This document shows positions 1 through 9,357 of a DNA stretch of 64,000 nt, one piece after another; the first letter of the stretch is position 1, and every line of letters begins with the position of its first letter. Both the position numbers and the translations under genes were made by a program. The notes beneath the pieces are model-generated. The model ran no database searches, was not told where the DNA came from, and saw only the letters and a program-made list of their open reading frames with translations. This DNA comes from Dehalococcoidia bacterium (GTDB taxonomy: Bacteria; Chloroflexota; Dehalococcoidia; Bin125): assembly GCA_963422755.1 (NCBI GenBank), contig OY730488.1. One strand, given 5' to 3'.

Positions 1-318
1 GACAAGATCGACTCGTTGGGCGAACGGTTGGGGATCCGCTTACTCATCGCGCTGCGGCTATTCCCGGTGGCGGGAATGGACTATGTCTCGTATGCCGCGG
101 GGCTCACCCAGATGCGCTTCGCCACCTACATCATCATTTCCGTGTTGGCATCTGCGCCGATCCTGATTCTCGCCGCAGTGCTCGGGGACGCGGTGCTCGA
201 TCGCAACCGCGAAATTCTCGTGGGCGCCGTCGCCGCGATCGCTGCCTGCTTTGCCGTCCCCGTGGTCTGGGTCTGGTGGCAACGCCGACGCGACCGCGCC
301 ACCAGCGCGAGACGCTAG
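1..318 (+). CDS. TVP38/TMEM64 (DedA/SNARE-associated) family membrane protein, C-terminal fragment; the 5' end lies outside the window
   Basis: The frame is open from base 1 to the TAG at 316-318. It has hydrophobic helices, and the segment FPVAGMDYVSYAAGLT fits the family pattern from memory. The track start at 16 is a TTG and probably internal. Confidence 0.55.
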   Translation, partial: DKIDSLGERLGIRLLIALRLFPVAGMDYVSYAAGLTQMRFATYIIISVLASAPILILAAVLGDAVLDRNREILVGAVAAIAACFAVPVVWVWWQRRRDRATSARR

Positions 319-327
319 CCTCCAACC

Positions 328-912
328 ATGCCGCTCGCCGACGCTCCATCGCTGCTCACGCTCATGTGGTCGCCCTTGACTGTCGTGACCGCGTCCCACG
401 ACGGACAGCGCGGCGGGCAGATCGCCGTCGGCGCCTTCGCAGCCTCGATCGTCCCGGCGCAGCCGCGCGTGCTCGTCCAGATCCAGAAGCGCAATCACAC
501 GAACTCATTGATCGAAGCCTCAGGACGGCTCGCCGTGCACGTGATTGCGCGTGAGCAGTGGCAGTGGGTGCGGCATTGGGGCTTCCGCTCCCAGACGGAG
601 GTGGACAAGTTCGACGGTCTGCGTTGGTCTACGCACGAGAGCGGCCTGCCGATCCTCGACGGGGTGCTCGGTTGGATGACCTGCGAGGTCGTCAACTACA
701 TGGACGGCGGCGACATGGCCATCTGGTTGGCCGACGTCAGCGACGCAGCGCGCAACGCTCGCGCCCAACCGCTCCGCTGGCACGAGGCGCAGCAGATGCT
801 CCCACCGCAGTGGGCCGAGGCATACGCTGACAAGCTGAGCTACGACGTGCCGGACTCGGGCCGTCGCATGCGGGAGCTGTCGACGTCACCAGGCTGGCGC
901 GCGCCGCGCTGA
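328..912 (+). CDS. Flavin reductase-like (FMN-binding split-barrel) domain protein
   Basis: 194 aa. The N-terminal pattern (MWSPLTVVTASHDGQRGGQ ... LAVHV ... FDGL ... SGLPIL) is typical of the HpaC/NADH:FMN oxidoreductase-like fold. Confidence 0.7.
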   Translation: MPLADAPSLLTLMWSPLTVVTASHDGQRGGQIAVGAFAASIVPAQPRVLVQIQKRNHTNSLIEASGRLAVHVIAREQWQWVRHWGFRSQTEVDKFDGLRWSTHESGLPILDGVLGWMTCEVVNYMDGGDMAIWLADVSDAARNARAQPLRWHEAQQMLPPQWAEAYADKLSYDVPDSGRRMRELSTSPGWRAPR

Positions 913-920
913 GCGATGTC

Positions 921-1721
921 CTAGCGCCCCTGCCAGTTCGGTGTGCGCTTCTCGGCGAACGCGCGCGGACCTTCGATCAGATCCTCCGACTGCCCCATGA
1001 TGCGCTGCTGGTGGAAGGTATGCGTCAACGCGGCTGGCAGCGGCAGGTCGAGCCCCTTGTAGGCGGACTCCTTGGATGCGCGCACAGAAATCGGCGCGCA
1101 CTGCAGAATTTCGTCCGCCCAGCGTCGCGCGGTGGACATCAGCTCGTCGGCAGGGACGACCTCGTTGACGAGTCCCCATTGGTGCGCCACGGGGGCGGGG
1201 ATGTGGTTGCCGGTCAGCATGTAGCCCATGGCGATCTTGAGCGGAATGTGTCTCGGCAGTCGGTGCACGCCGCCGGCGCCGGCCATCAGGCCAACACGCG
1301 GTTCCGGCAGGCCCAGACGCGCATGGTCCGCGGCGACGATGATGTCGCAGGCCATCGCCATCTCGCAGCCGCCGCCCAAGGCAAAGCCGTTGACGGCCGC
1401 GATCATCGGCTTTGCGCACTCCCAATCGGCCGTGATCCCGCCGAATCCGCCGCGCACAGGCGCGAAGCTGGGGCGCTCGTTCGCCGGCATCCGAGACATC
1501 TCGGCTGTGTACTTGAGGTCGTTGCCGGCCGAGAACGCACGCGCGCCCGCGCCGGTCAGGATGCCGACCCAGGCGGAGTCATCGTTGGCGAAGGTGTTCC
1601 AAGCGTCCGCCAACTCCTCGGTCGTCGGCGGGTGGATCGAGTTCATCCGCTCCGGACGGTTGATCGTGATCGTGACGATGTTGCCGTCCTGCTCGTACTT
1701 GATAAATTCGTAATCAGCCAT
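921..1721 (-). CDS. Enoyl-CoA hydratase/isomerase (crotonase) family protein
   Basis: The track ORF 921-1976 was trimmed to the ATG at 1719-1721 (MADYEFIKYEQDGNIVTITINRPERMNS). It has the crotonase signature (FSAGNDLK, GGGCEMAMACD). The upstream extension is Arg/Ala/Ser-rich and overlaps the SDR gene. Confidence 0.85.
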   Translation of the reverse strand: MADYEFIKYEQDGNIVTITINRPERMNSIHPPTTEELADAWNTFANDDSAWVGILTGAGARAFSAGNDLKYTAEMSRMPANERPSFAPVRGGFGGITADWECAKPMIAAVNGFALGGGCEMAMACDIIVAADHARLGLPEPRVGLMAGAGGVHRLPRHIPLKIAMGYMLTGNHIPAPVAHQWGLVNEVVPADELMSTARRWADEILQCAPISVRASKESAYKGLDLPLPAALTHTFHQQRIMGQSEDLIEGPRAFAEKRTPNWQGR

Positions 1722-1761
1722 CGGAACCCCCAGTCGGTGCTCGTTCGCTCGCTGCGGCGGC

Positions 1762-2583
1762 TCAATGCTGGACGCAAGTGCCACCGTCGACATTGTAGGA
1801 CTGGCCCGTAATCCACTCGCCCTGCGTGGAGCAGAGAAATGCGGTGATGTAGGCGATGTCCTCACCTTCGCCCGCGCGACCCAGAGGGATACGCGTGTCA
1901 ATCGCTCGCTGCCAGAAGTCGCCGCGGCCCATGTCGTCCATCCGCGCGGTATCGATGATGCCTGGGCAGATCGCATTGACCCGCACGCCGTGCTGGCCGA
2001 CTTCCTGCGCCATGGATGCGGTCAATGCCTGCAGCCCTGCCTTCGAGGCAGCGTAGGCGGCGGTGTTGGGTCCCAACATTTTGCCTGCGATCGAGGAGAT
2101 ATTGATGATCGCCCCGCCCTCACCCTGTTCGATCAGCCGACGGCCGAAGACCTGGCTCATATAGAAGGCACCATTGAGATTGACATCGAGCACCACGCGC
2201 CAGAGGTCGGGGTCGAGATCGACCACCGGCACACGGTCGGAGCCGCGCGCCGCGCCGGCGTTGTTGATCACGTAGTCCACCCGGCCAAGCTCCGACAGCG
2301 TCGACGCGAGTAGCGACTCGACAGCTACGTAGTCAGCCACGTCGGAGACGAGCGGTAGCGCGCGCCGACCCTCGGCGCGAACCTCATCGGCGACCGAATC
2401 GATGTCGCGCCAGCCAGCCGCTTGCTCGTCGTCCGGATACTGCTCGGGCAGGCGGCCGGTGCCGGTCAACACGACATCGCAGCCCTGCCTGGCGAGCTCC
2501 ACGGCAATGGGTCGTCCGATCGACCGCATTCGCCCCGCGCCGGTTACGACGGCGACCTTGCCATCCATCCCGCTGAGCTGCAT
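1762..2583 (-). CDS. SDR family oxidoreductase (FabG-like)
   Basis: It has a TGAGRMRSIG Rossmann motif, NNAG, and the catalytic S...YAASK triad. Confidence 0.9.
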   Translation of the reverse strand: MQLSGMDGKVAVVTGAGRMRSIGRPIAVELARQGCDVVLTGTGRLPEQYPDDEQAAGWRDIDSVADEVRAEGRRALPLVSDVADYVAVESLLASTLSELGRVDYVINNAGAARGSDRVPVVDLDPDLWRVVLDVNLNGAFYMSQVFGRRLIEQGEGGAIINISSIAGKMLGPNTAAYAASKAGLQALTASMAQEVGQHGVRVNAICPGIIDTARMDDMGRGDFWQRAIDTRIPLGRAGEGEDIAYITAFLCSTQGEWITGQSYNVDGGTCVQH

Positions 2584-2631
2584 GACCGCTCCTGTTCCCG
2601 CCTGCTGCCTCGATGCCGTGATGCTGCGAGG

Positions 2632-3069
2632 CTAGCAGCGGGCTGCATCCTCGTTGTCCGCTTCGTCAGCTGTCTGTTCGGCGCCACTCTCATCCTCACC
2701 GGCGTTGTCCTCGCTGGCATCGTCATCCTGGTAGAACTCTTCAGACTCGGCCAGGTCCCTGATGTCGCCGAGGATCTGTTCCAGGTGCGGTCCGTTGCCG
2801 GAGCTGCGAACCAGTCGCAGGAGCGGGCCCAGTACGCCGGAGAACTCGAGCTTGGCCTCAGTGACCGTGGCGCCATCGGGCCCAGGATCGAACCGAAAGT
2901 CATAGCGGGCGCCCGATAGCAAGGTCGACCACTCGATGGCGTAATGGCGCGGCGACTCGCTCAGCACTTCCTTGAATGCGCTTTCCGTCAATGCGCGTTC
3001 CAGGACCTCGACGGTCGCCTCGAAGGCGTCAATCGCGTCTGCCTCAATCTCAATATCTCGAACGGTCAT
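2632..3069 (-). CDS. Hypothetical protein with a strongly acidic C-terminal tail (N-terminal part possibly SRPBCC-like)
   Basis: The ORF was trimmed to the ATG at 3067-3069 (MTVRDIEIEADAID...). The tail is rich in D/E (YQDDDASEDNAGEDESGAEQTADEADNED). No confident family was recognised. Confidence 0.4.
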   Translation of the reverse strand: MTVRDIEIEADAIDAFEATVEVLERALTESAFKEVLSESPRHYAIEWSTLLSGARYDFRFDPGPDGATVTEAKLEFSGVLGPLLRLVRSSGNGPHLEQILGDIRDLAESEEFYQDDDASEDNAGEDESGAEQTADEADNEDAARC

Positions 3070-3150
3070 CGATCGTTTCGTTCCTGTATGCGGTACGGCA
3101 GCGCATGACCAGCCGCGCGGAACACAGGGCACGACATACCATGAATTCCC

Positions 3151-4191
3151 ATGCCTCAGAGTAAACGAGCCTGGCTCCACGTCGACGCACCGTCAGGTCT
3201 CAGCGCTGACGATGAAGCTGCGTATCGAGCGGGACTGGCCGTACGGACGGACGCATCCGAACGACGACCGGGCTGGATCGCGCGGACGGTCGAGGTGGCG
3301 CTCAACACCAACCATGGGTTCCCGCGCGGCGAGGCGCGGATTGCGCTGCAGCTCGGACCAGCTGAGGAAGTCGTCGCCGCGCTCCTGCCGGCGCTGCTCT
3401 CTCCCAATAAACGCATGCGCCGGCGCTCGATGACCCTGCTGCCGCGACTCGATCCCGATGAGGTCTGCCGGCAGCTCGATCCGGTCCTCGAGACCGGCGA
3501 GCGTAAGTCCCGTCGCGCCGCCTGTGTCGCCTTGGCCGCGATCGGCGCGCCGGCCGCGCCCTTGCTGAGGCGGCTCGCAGGCGACTCCGATGCAGCGATC
3601 CGCGGTCGCGCGCAGCGGGCCCTGGAGGCCATCGCCGCTCGCCCGCCCGACGCCGGCGGCCGCGAGCTGTCCTCGGTGCGGCCCTTCGGTCTGCCGTATC
3701 GCGCCTCGCCCCCGCCGCGGCCAGCCTCGTTCGCCGTGGCGGCGTGCAACTTCTCGTATGGCGTCAATCTGGGCACGCTGATTCGCAGCGCTGAGGCCGC
3801 GGGCGCGGAAGCAGTCTGGATTATCGGACGCGACTTCTACTATCGACCGTCCACCAAGGGCACGGACTGGTGGCTGCCTGTGGAGACGTTGGAGACGCCG
3901 TCGGACTGTGTACAACGCGCAGAGAGTGAAGGGTTCACCATCGTCGCGCTGCAGCAGGGATCAGGGGCGCAGCCCGTTTGGGAAGCGCAATGGCCCGAGC
4001 GCCCGCTGATCGTCGCCGGAAACGAGGGCGACGGACTGCCGCCGACGCTGAGCGACGCAGCGGCGATCCAGGTGGAGCTGCCACTGTACGGGCAGATCGA
4101 CAGCCTCAACGTCTCTGTCGCAGCATCGGTCGCGATGTTCGCCTTTCGAGGCTGGCAAGCACAGCGAGCGACGCGGCGGGCGGCGACGTGA
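3151..4191 (+). CDS. SpoU/TrmH-family RNA 2'-O-methyltransferase with an N-terminal HEAT-like repeat region
   Basis: The C-terminal half has SpoU motifs (LIVAGNEGDGLP, LPLYGQIDSLNVSVAASVAMF). The N-terminal ~190 aa has helical repeats resembling PBS-lyase/HEAT repeats (LLPALLSPNKRMRRRS..., AACVALAAIGAPAAPLLRRLAGDSDAAIRGRAQRALEAI). Confidence 0.75.
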   Translation: MPQSKRAWLHVDAPSGLSADDEAAYRAGLAVRTDASERRPGWIARTVEVALNTNHGFPRGEARIALQLGPAEEVVAALLPALLSPNKRMRRRSMTLLPRLDPDEVCRQLDPVLETGERKSRRAACVALAAIGAPAAPLLRRLAGDSDAAIRGRAQRALEAIAARPPDAGGRELSSVRPFGLPYRASPPPRPASFAVAACNFSYGVNLGTLIRSAEAAGAEAVWIIGRDFYYRPSTKGTDWWLPVETLETPSDCVQRAESEGFTIVALQQGSGAQPVWEAQWPERPLIVAGNEGDGLPPTLSDAAAIQVELPLYGQIDSLNVSVAASVAMFAFRGWQAQRATRRAAT

Positions 4192-5114
4192 TACGTAGAT
4201 TCTCACGGCGGTCGTTGTTGCGGGCTGGGACTGCGCTGGCGCTCGGCGCTGCGCTCGGTTCCCAGCTACCGACGCGGGCGAGAGAGACCGACAGTCTCCG
4301 GCTCGCCGCTGGCTGGAACGCCGCCGCCTGGTGCGGAGCGGACAGACCGGTCCTCGAGGCCACGGCGCCACTGCCGCTGCGTATCGCGCACACCTGGGAC
4401 CTCGCCAGTCGAAGTTGGCGCACATATGCGCCAGGCACGCCGATCGACACTATCGGCATGCTGCGCCATGGGCAGCCGCTTTGGATGCAGCTCACGTCGG
4501 ACGCCGATTGGCCACAGCCTCCATATCGCGGCGCCCAACCAGCAGAGACGGAGTTGCCGGTTGGATGGTCGCTGCTGGGGTGGACCGGCCTACACCAGCC
4601 GGTTTGGACGGTGTTCGGGGAAGATCCCTGGGGACCGGTTGCGGAGGCGCGGCGCTGGAACCCTGAGTTGCAGGAATGGCTGGTCTACACACCAGGCGAG
4701 TCGGCCCAACAGCTGTTCGCGGTGTTACACCCCGGCGACGCGGTCTGGGTGCGCATGCGCGTTTCGGGCGCACGCTGGAATCCCGCCAGAGGCGTCGCAC
4801 CTGGCGACCGCGCGTTGCGACTCGTGCCGGGCACGATCACCTATTACCACTCGTCGCTCGCCGGTGGGCAGATGTATTGCACGGGCAAAGCTTACGACCC
4901 GCAGGACGTCACGGTCGCTGCTGCGGTGACCTGGCCCTGCGGTACCCGTCTGCGGATTTGGCGGGACGAACGGTACGTCGACGTGGTTGTTCAGGACACC
5001 GGTCTGCTTGGGCTCAACCACGTCGACCTCTCGGAGGCCGCCTTTCAACGCCTGGCCCTCCTGCCTGAAGGACGCGCCCAGGTGTTCATCGAAGTGCTCG
5101 CGGGTCCGCAGTGA
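4188..5114 (+). CDS. Secreted RlpA-like double-psi beta-barrel (DPBB) domain protein with a Tat-type signal
   Basis: The track ORF was trimmed to the in-frame GTG at 4188, which overlaps the upstream TGA (GTGA). It has a twin-arginine signal (FSRRSLLRAGTALALGAALG). The C-terminus fits the RlpA/DPBB pattern (ITYYHSSLAGGQMYCTGKAYDP...TRLRIW...YVDVVVQDTG). Confidence 0.65.
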   Translation: MIRRFSRRSLLRAGTALALGAALGSQLPTRARETDSLRLAAGWNAAAWCGADRPVLEATAPLPLRIAHTWDLASRSWRTYAPGTPIDTIGMLRHGQPLWMQLTSDADWPQPPYRGAQPAETELPVGWSLLGWTGLHQPVWTVFGEDPWGPVAEARRWNPELQEWLVYTPGESAQQLFAVLHPGDAVWVRMRVSGARWNPARGVAPGDRALRLVPGTITYYHSSLAGGQMYCTGKAYDPQDVTVAAAVTWPCGTRLRIWRDERYVDVVVQDTGLLGLNHVDLSEAAFQRLALLPEGRAQVFIEVLAGPQ

Positions 5115-5173
5115 GCAACGATCTCAACAGGCGCAACATGGCAAGCTGTATCCATACGCCAAGGAGGTTCGCC

Positions 5174-6301
5174 ATGCGTCAACACGCCACACTCATCAGC
5201 GGCATCTGTGCAGCCATGATGTCGGCCATCGTCACGGCATCGATCTTGCTGTTCGCCCTTCCTGACGCGCAGGATGGGGCGCAGCCGCGTCAGATGGCGC
5301 AGGACACCATCGCCGCATCACCGCTGGAGGCGCTGCCTAATACGTCTACAGAGTCAGTGGGGTTAGCAGCCGAATCTGACCCGCAGGCGAATGCGGAATT
5401 CGTCCGGCCGGCGGTCGATTGGGCTGCCGTGTATGAACAGGCCGCGCCTTCGCTCGTCGTTGTCGCCACCACGTCAGGTTTCGGTTCTGGATTCTTCGTC
5501 ACCGCCGATGGACACCTGATCACGAATCTGCATGTCGTCGCCGGAACGGAGCCGATAACGGCCATCCTCCAGGACGGCTCGGAGCACCGCGCGGAACTCA
5601 TCGCCCAGGACGCTGGCAACGACCTCGCGCTGCTGCATATCGAACCACGCGGGATTGAGATCATCCTGCCCACCTACGGGAGCATGGACGAGTTACGCGT
5701 GGGCGACCCGGTCGGAGCGCTCGGCTCGCCGTATGCGCTGCCGAACAGCCTGACCGTAGGTGTGATCTCAGCGCTCGGACGCACCCGAGTCACCGGCACC
5801 GCGACGTCTGAGCCGCTGCGCTCGCTGATCCAAACCGACGCATCGCTGAATCCAGGTAACTCGGGCGGGATACTCGTCGATGCACAGGGGCGCGTGATCG
5901 GGATACCGACGCAGATTGAAAGCTCCGACCGCGGTTCCTCAGGGGTCGGCTTCGCAGTCAGCGCCGATACGATGCTGCGGTCGCTGCCCACGCTGTTGCT
6001 CGGTGAGGACACGCAGCGCAGCTTCCTCGGCGTGCAGGTGCAGGAGGAGGGCGACGATCTGGTAGTCATCGACGTCGCCTGCCAATCGACCGCCGACCGG
6101 GCTGGCGTCCGTGAGGGTGACCACATCCAGCTGTTGGACGATCGACCAGCGAATAGCATGGCACTGCTGCTTCAGCAGCTCAGCGAGATTCCGTCGGGGA
6201 CGGAATTCGCGCTGACGATCTTGCGTGGGTCACGTGAACTGCAGCTTGACGCGACTGCCCAGGCATGGCCAACGCTCCCACCGCTCTACGGTTGTGGCTA
6301 G
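5174..6301 (+). CDS. Trypsin-like serine protease of the HtrA/DegP (S1C) family with a C-terminal PDZ domain
   Basis: The ATG at 5174 is preceded by AAGGAGG at 5161-5167. It has an N-terminal TM anchor and a His/Asp/Ser triad context (ITNLHVV, NDLALL, NPGNSGG). The C-terminal part is PDZ-like. Confidence 0.85.
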   Translation: MRQHATLISGICAAMMSAIVTASILLFALPDAQDGAQPRQMAQDTIAASPLEALPNTSTESVGLAAESDPQANAEFVRPAVDWAAVYEQAAPSLVVVATTSGFGSGFFVTADGHLITNLHVVAGTEPITAILQDGSEHRAELIAQDAGNDLALLHIEPRGIEIILPTYGSMDELRVGDPVGALGSPYALPNSLTVGVISALGRTRVTGTATSEPLRSLIQTDASLNPGNSGGILVDAQGRVIGIPTQIESSDRGSSGVGFAVSADTMLRSLPTLLLGEDTQRSFLGVQVQEEGDDLVVIDVACQSTADRAGVREGDHIQLLDDRPANSMALLLQQLSEIPSGTEFALTILRGSRELQLDATAQAWPTLPPLYGCG

Positions 6302-7515
6302 CCGCGTTCCTGCGAGACACCACGAGCAAGTGGCGAGGCCAGCATCAGCGCTGCGCTGACCGCGAGCACGATCCCCATGACCAGCAGCCCGGAACGGGGG
6401 CCGAGCAGGTCGGCGAGCCCGCCGGTGACCAGCGCGCCGAACAGAATCATCCCTCGAGCGATGTTCATCAAGCTCAACGCTCGGCCGGCCATGTCCTCGG
6501 TCGCCTGCGCGAGCAAGGTGAGATTGGCCAGCGACATCACATTCGTCGAGCAGGCGGCGGCAACGAACACGCAGAACGCGACAACAGCCAGATGGGGCGC
6601 GCCGGCCATGAGCGCGAGTCCGAGCCCCGCCGCGATCAGGAGCGCGGCCATCAGGCGCCCGGGTGCTGGAATCGTGCGCAGACCAGCCAGCGCCAACGAT
6701 CCGGCCGCGGCGCCAGCGCCGCCAACCGCGATCAGGTAGCCAACCCAGGCGCTTTGCCCACCCAGTTCATTGATCACTATCAACGGGATGAAGACACCCT
6801 GATAGGGAGTCAGGAACATGAACATGACCACCGAGATGGCGAGCACGGCTAACGGCCAGCGGGTGTTGAATGCCCAGCGCAATCCCGCCAGCGTCTGGCG
6901 CCCCAACGAACCATCGGCGCGGGCGGTCAGCATGGTGGGTGCTCCGCGTGTGCGGATCATGGCGGTACAGATCACCGCGCCCACGTAGATCGCCGTCATG
7001 ACACCGTAGATCCAGGTAAAGTCGGCGAAGGCCAGCAACAGACCAGCGAGCAGCGCGCCCCCGATCCGCATGACAGTGTTCGCGGTCTGCGACAAGGCCA
7101 CCGCCGGTCGCAGCGCGTCCCGTGTGACCATCGATGGCAAAATGGCTTGTCGGGCCGGCTGAAAGAAGGCAATGTTGACGCCAGAGGCCGCGGCTAGCGC
7201 GATCACCTGCCAGGCGGCAACTACGTCCAGCAGCAGCAACAGAAACAATGCTCCCGAGGCAGCCACGTTCCCTATCTGGGAACAGACCAGCACAATTCGC
7301 CGCGGATAACGGTCGACGATTGCGCCAGCAAACAAACCCAGCACCAGATTTGGCGCCATCCGCGCGGCGAGCACGGCGCCGAGCAGCAGCGCGGAGCCGG
7401 TCAGCTCGGCGATCAGCACCGGCCGTGCCACTTGGTCAAGCCACAGTGCGCCGGAGCGCAGGAAGATCGCCAGCCAGAGGACTCGAAAGTCACGTGAGGC
7501 GAACGGGGCGAACAT
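6298..7515 (-). CDS. MFS transporter
   Basis: 405 aa with about 12 hydrophobic helices and an MFS loop motif (GAIVDRYPRR). It converges on the protease gene with a 4-nt overlap. Confidence 0.8.
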   Translation of the reverse strand: MFAPFASRDFRVLWLAIFLRSGALWLDQVARPVLIAELTGSALLLGAVLAARMAPNLVLGLFAGAIVDRYPRRIVLVCSQIGNVAASGALFLLLLLDVVAAWQVIALAAASGVNIAFFQPARQAILPSMVTRDALRPAVALSQTANTVMRIGGALLAGLLLAFADFTWIYGVMTAIYVGAVICTAMIRTRGAPTMLTARADGSLGRQTLAGLRWAFNTRWPLAVLAISVVMFMFLTPYQGVFIPLIVINELGGQSAWVGYLIAVGGAGAAAGSLALAGLRTIPAPGRLMAALLIAAGLGLALMAGAPHLAVVAFCVFVAAACSTNVMSLANLTLLAQATEDMAGRALSLMNIARGMILFGALVTGGLADLLGPRSGLLVMGIVLAVSAALMLASPLARGVSQERG

Positions 7516-7568
7516 CCCCGCTTCGCGATGCCTCAGAAACGCCTGCCGCCCGCTATCGGTCGATGGTG

Positions 7569-7584
7569 GCCGAGCGCGCTCGGC
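7569..7584. repeat. Perfect 16-bp GC-rich palindrome GCCGAGCGCGCTCGGC between the RraA-like and MFS genes
   Basis: Read directly in the sequence. It could form an 8-bp hairpin or act as a dimeric protein-binding site. No flanking U-tract. Confidence 0.6.
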
Positions 7585-7602
7585 TCTGTCTGAAATGGGG
7601 GC

Positions 7603-8310
7603 TTACTCCTCGTCGGCGTAGGGCGCTCGCCCCTGCATGACATTCAATAGCCCTTGCCGAGAGAAATCGTCGGACTTGGCGTAGTTGATGATCACTCGCT
7701 CACGATCTTCGACCGCCTGCGCCGACGCCGCGACATCAACGGCGATCTCGTGCGGAATCTCGCACACGCCGTGTTTGTCGGCGTGCAGCAGATCACCGGG
7801 GTGCACCGTGACCCCGCCGACAGTGACAGGCTGGCCGATCTCGACAATATGCACATACGCATGCGAGACGAGGATTTCTTTGGAGAGGAACTGGAAGCCC
7901 AGCTCTTCCACTTCGTCAAGATCGCGGACGCCGCCGTCGGTGATCAAGCCGATCGCTCCCAACGCCTTATGGATGTTGCCGTTGACCTCGCCCCAAAACG
8001 ATCCGAGCGGCGGCTGGTCGAGATCCTGAATGACGATGATGCGCGGCTCCGGGATCGATGCAATGTGCGCCCACCAGTCGGGCGCAGCCTGGGTCTGAGG
8101 ATCATCGCCCGGCGGGATCGAAGCGCGAATCTTGCAGGTCGCGGCGTACCCCACGATGGGGTCCATGTCCGGAAACCGACAGACGATATCGGGTGTCATG
8201 AAGCCGGTCGCGCGGCTGCGGATGTTGAAGGTCTCGATCGCATTCGCGATGGCTGGCGAGGGCCAGGCCCGCAAACCCGCCAGCTGCGCCTCAGTCAACG
8301 GCTCGCTCAT
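7603..8310 (-). CDS. RraA family protein (4-hydroxy-4-methyl-2-oxoglutarate aldolase / oxaloacetate decarboxylase-like)
   Basis: The RraA-like core pattern is present (GSFWGEVNGNIHKALGAIGLITDGGVRD). The start was chosen at the ATG at 8308-8310, which has a GAGGG-type SD about 8 nt upstream. The alternative ATG at 8325 has no spacing to its SD. Confidence 0.75.
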   Translation of the reverse strand: MSEPLTEAQLAGLRAWPSPAIANAIETFNIRSRATGFMTPDIVCRFPDMDPIVGYAATCKIRASIPPGDDPQTQAAPDWWAHIASIPEPRIIVIQDLDQPPLGSFWGEVNGNIHKALGAIGLITDGGVRDLDEVEELGFQFLSKEILVSHAYVHIVEIGQPVTVGGVTVHPGDLLHADKHGVCEIPHEIAVDVAASAQAVEDRERVIINYAKSDDFSRQGLLNVMQGRAPYADEE

Positions 8311-8379
8311 TTCACACCCTCTCATCCTTCGACCACCCCATGGGCTGAACCGTAGCCCTGTCCACGGCGGCGTTCGGCG

Positions 8380-9105
8380 TTAGTGCGACAATAGGAACTC
8401 TCGCTCGAGTTCCGCTCGATTCAGGATCGTCACACGCTGTCGGTTGACGTCGACGATGTTGGACTTGCGCCAGCTCTGCAGCTGCTTGTTCACGGCGACC
8501 CGGGAGGCCCCGATCATATTGGCCAGCTCCTGCTGGGACACCTTGAGACCGATGTCCAGCCCTTGCTCTGTAACCTCGCCGTGCTCATCCGCGATGGTCA
8601 ACAAGCGCCGCGCGAGGCGACCGGGCACATCGAGCAGGTAGGCATCCTGGATCGACTGATTGGTCGCGCGCAACCGCGCGACCAGCACGTCAATGATCGC
8701 TCGTTGCGCCTGCGGGTACCGATCGAGCACCGAGAGGAAGTCAGAGCGGCTGAGGCTCATCGCCTCAGTGTCTTCAATCGTCGTGGCGGAAGCTGAACGT
8801 GGGTGATCGTCCAACAGTGACATCTCACCGAGCAAATCGTACTTGCGATGCACCGCCAGCACGACCTCACGACCATCCAGCGCGGGAATGAAGACTTTCA
8901 CCGCGCCATTGAGAATGACGTAGAGCGTCGCGCCCTCATCTCCCTCATGGAAGATGTTGGTGTTTGCGCGGTAGCGCACTGACCGCAGCTTCACGGACAG
9001 GTCTCGCAGCATCTCTTCTGGCATGTCGCGGAAGAGGACCACATTCAGCAGCAAATCCACCACTTCTCTCCGATGCTCCGCGCTCGTCACTCTTCGTGTA
9101 GCCAT
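8380..9105 (-). CDS. Crp/Fnr family transcriptional regulator
   Basis: The 568-aa track ORF was trimmed to the ATG at 9103-9105. A cNMP-binding domain (IFHEGDEGATLYVILNGAVKV...GEMSLLD) is followed by a C-terminal HTH (VSQQELANMIGASRVAVNKQLQ). Confidence 0.85.
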   Translation of the reverse strand: MATRRVTSAEHRREVVDLLLNVVLFRDMPEEMLRDLSVKLRSVRYRANTNIFHEGDEGATLYVILNGAVKVFIPALDGREVVLAVHRKYDLLGEMSLLDDHPRSASATTIEDTEAMSLSRSDFLSVLDRYPQAQRAIIDVLVARLRATNQSIQDAYLLDVPGRLARRLLTIADEHGEVTEQGLDIGLKVSQQELANMIGASRVAVNKQLQSWRKSNIVDVNRQRVTILNRAELEREFLLSH

Positions 9106-9290
9106 CGCACGCTCCAGTGGCAGTCTAGGCGCAAACAGCGCGACGGCAACGCCCGTCGCCAGCGGTGCTGCAGACGCCGTTGCGCCACGGCGAGAGCCGA
9201 AACGGCTCGAGCGCGGACCAACATCGAACCATCGAACAACACGGCGGCGCTCGCCAGCATCATGCCATCCCTTCGTGAAACGTTGGTTTA

Positions 9291-9338
9291 GGCAGAATAT
9301 AGAACGAATATCCTTGCAAAGCGACCGAATACTCTGCC
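9291..9338. promoter_or_regulatory. AT-rich operator/promoter-like island with an imperfect inverted repeat and three CGAATA(T/C) direct repeats, between the Crp/Fnr gene and the divergent crotonase gene
   Basis: GGCAGAATAT (9291-9300) pairs with ATACTCTGCC (9329-9338), 9/10 complementary. GAATAT/GAATAC copies are spaced about 11 and 22 nt apart. The GGAG SD and the ATG at 9358 follow. Confidence 0.3.
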
Positions 9339-9357
9339 AACAGTCTGGAGGCTGATC

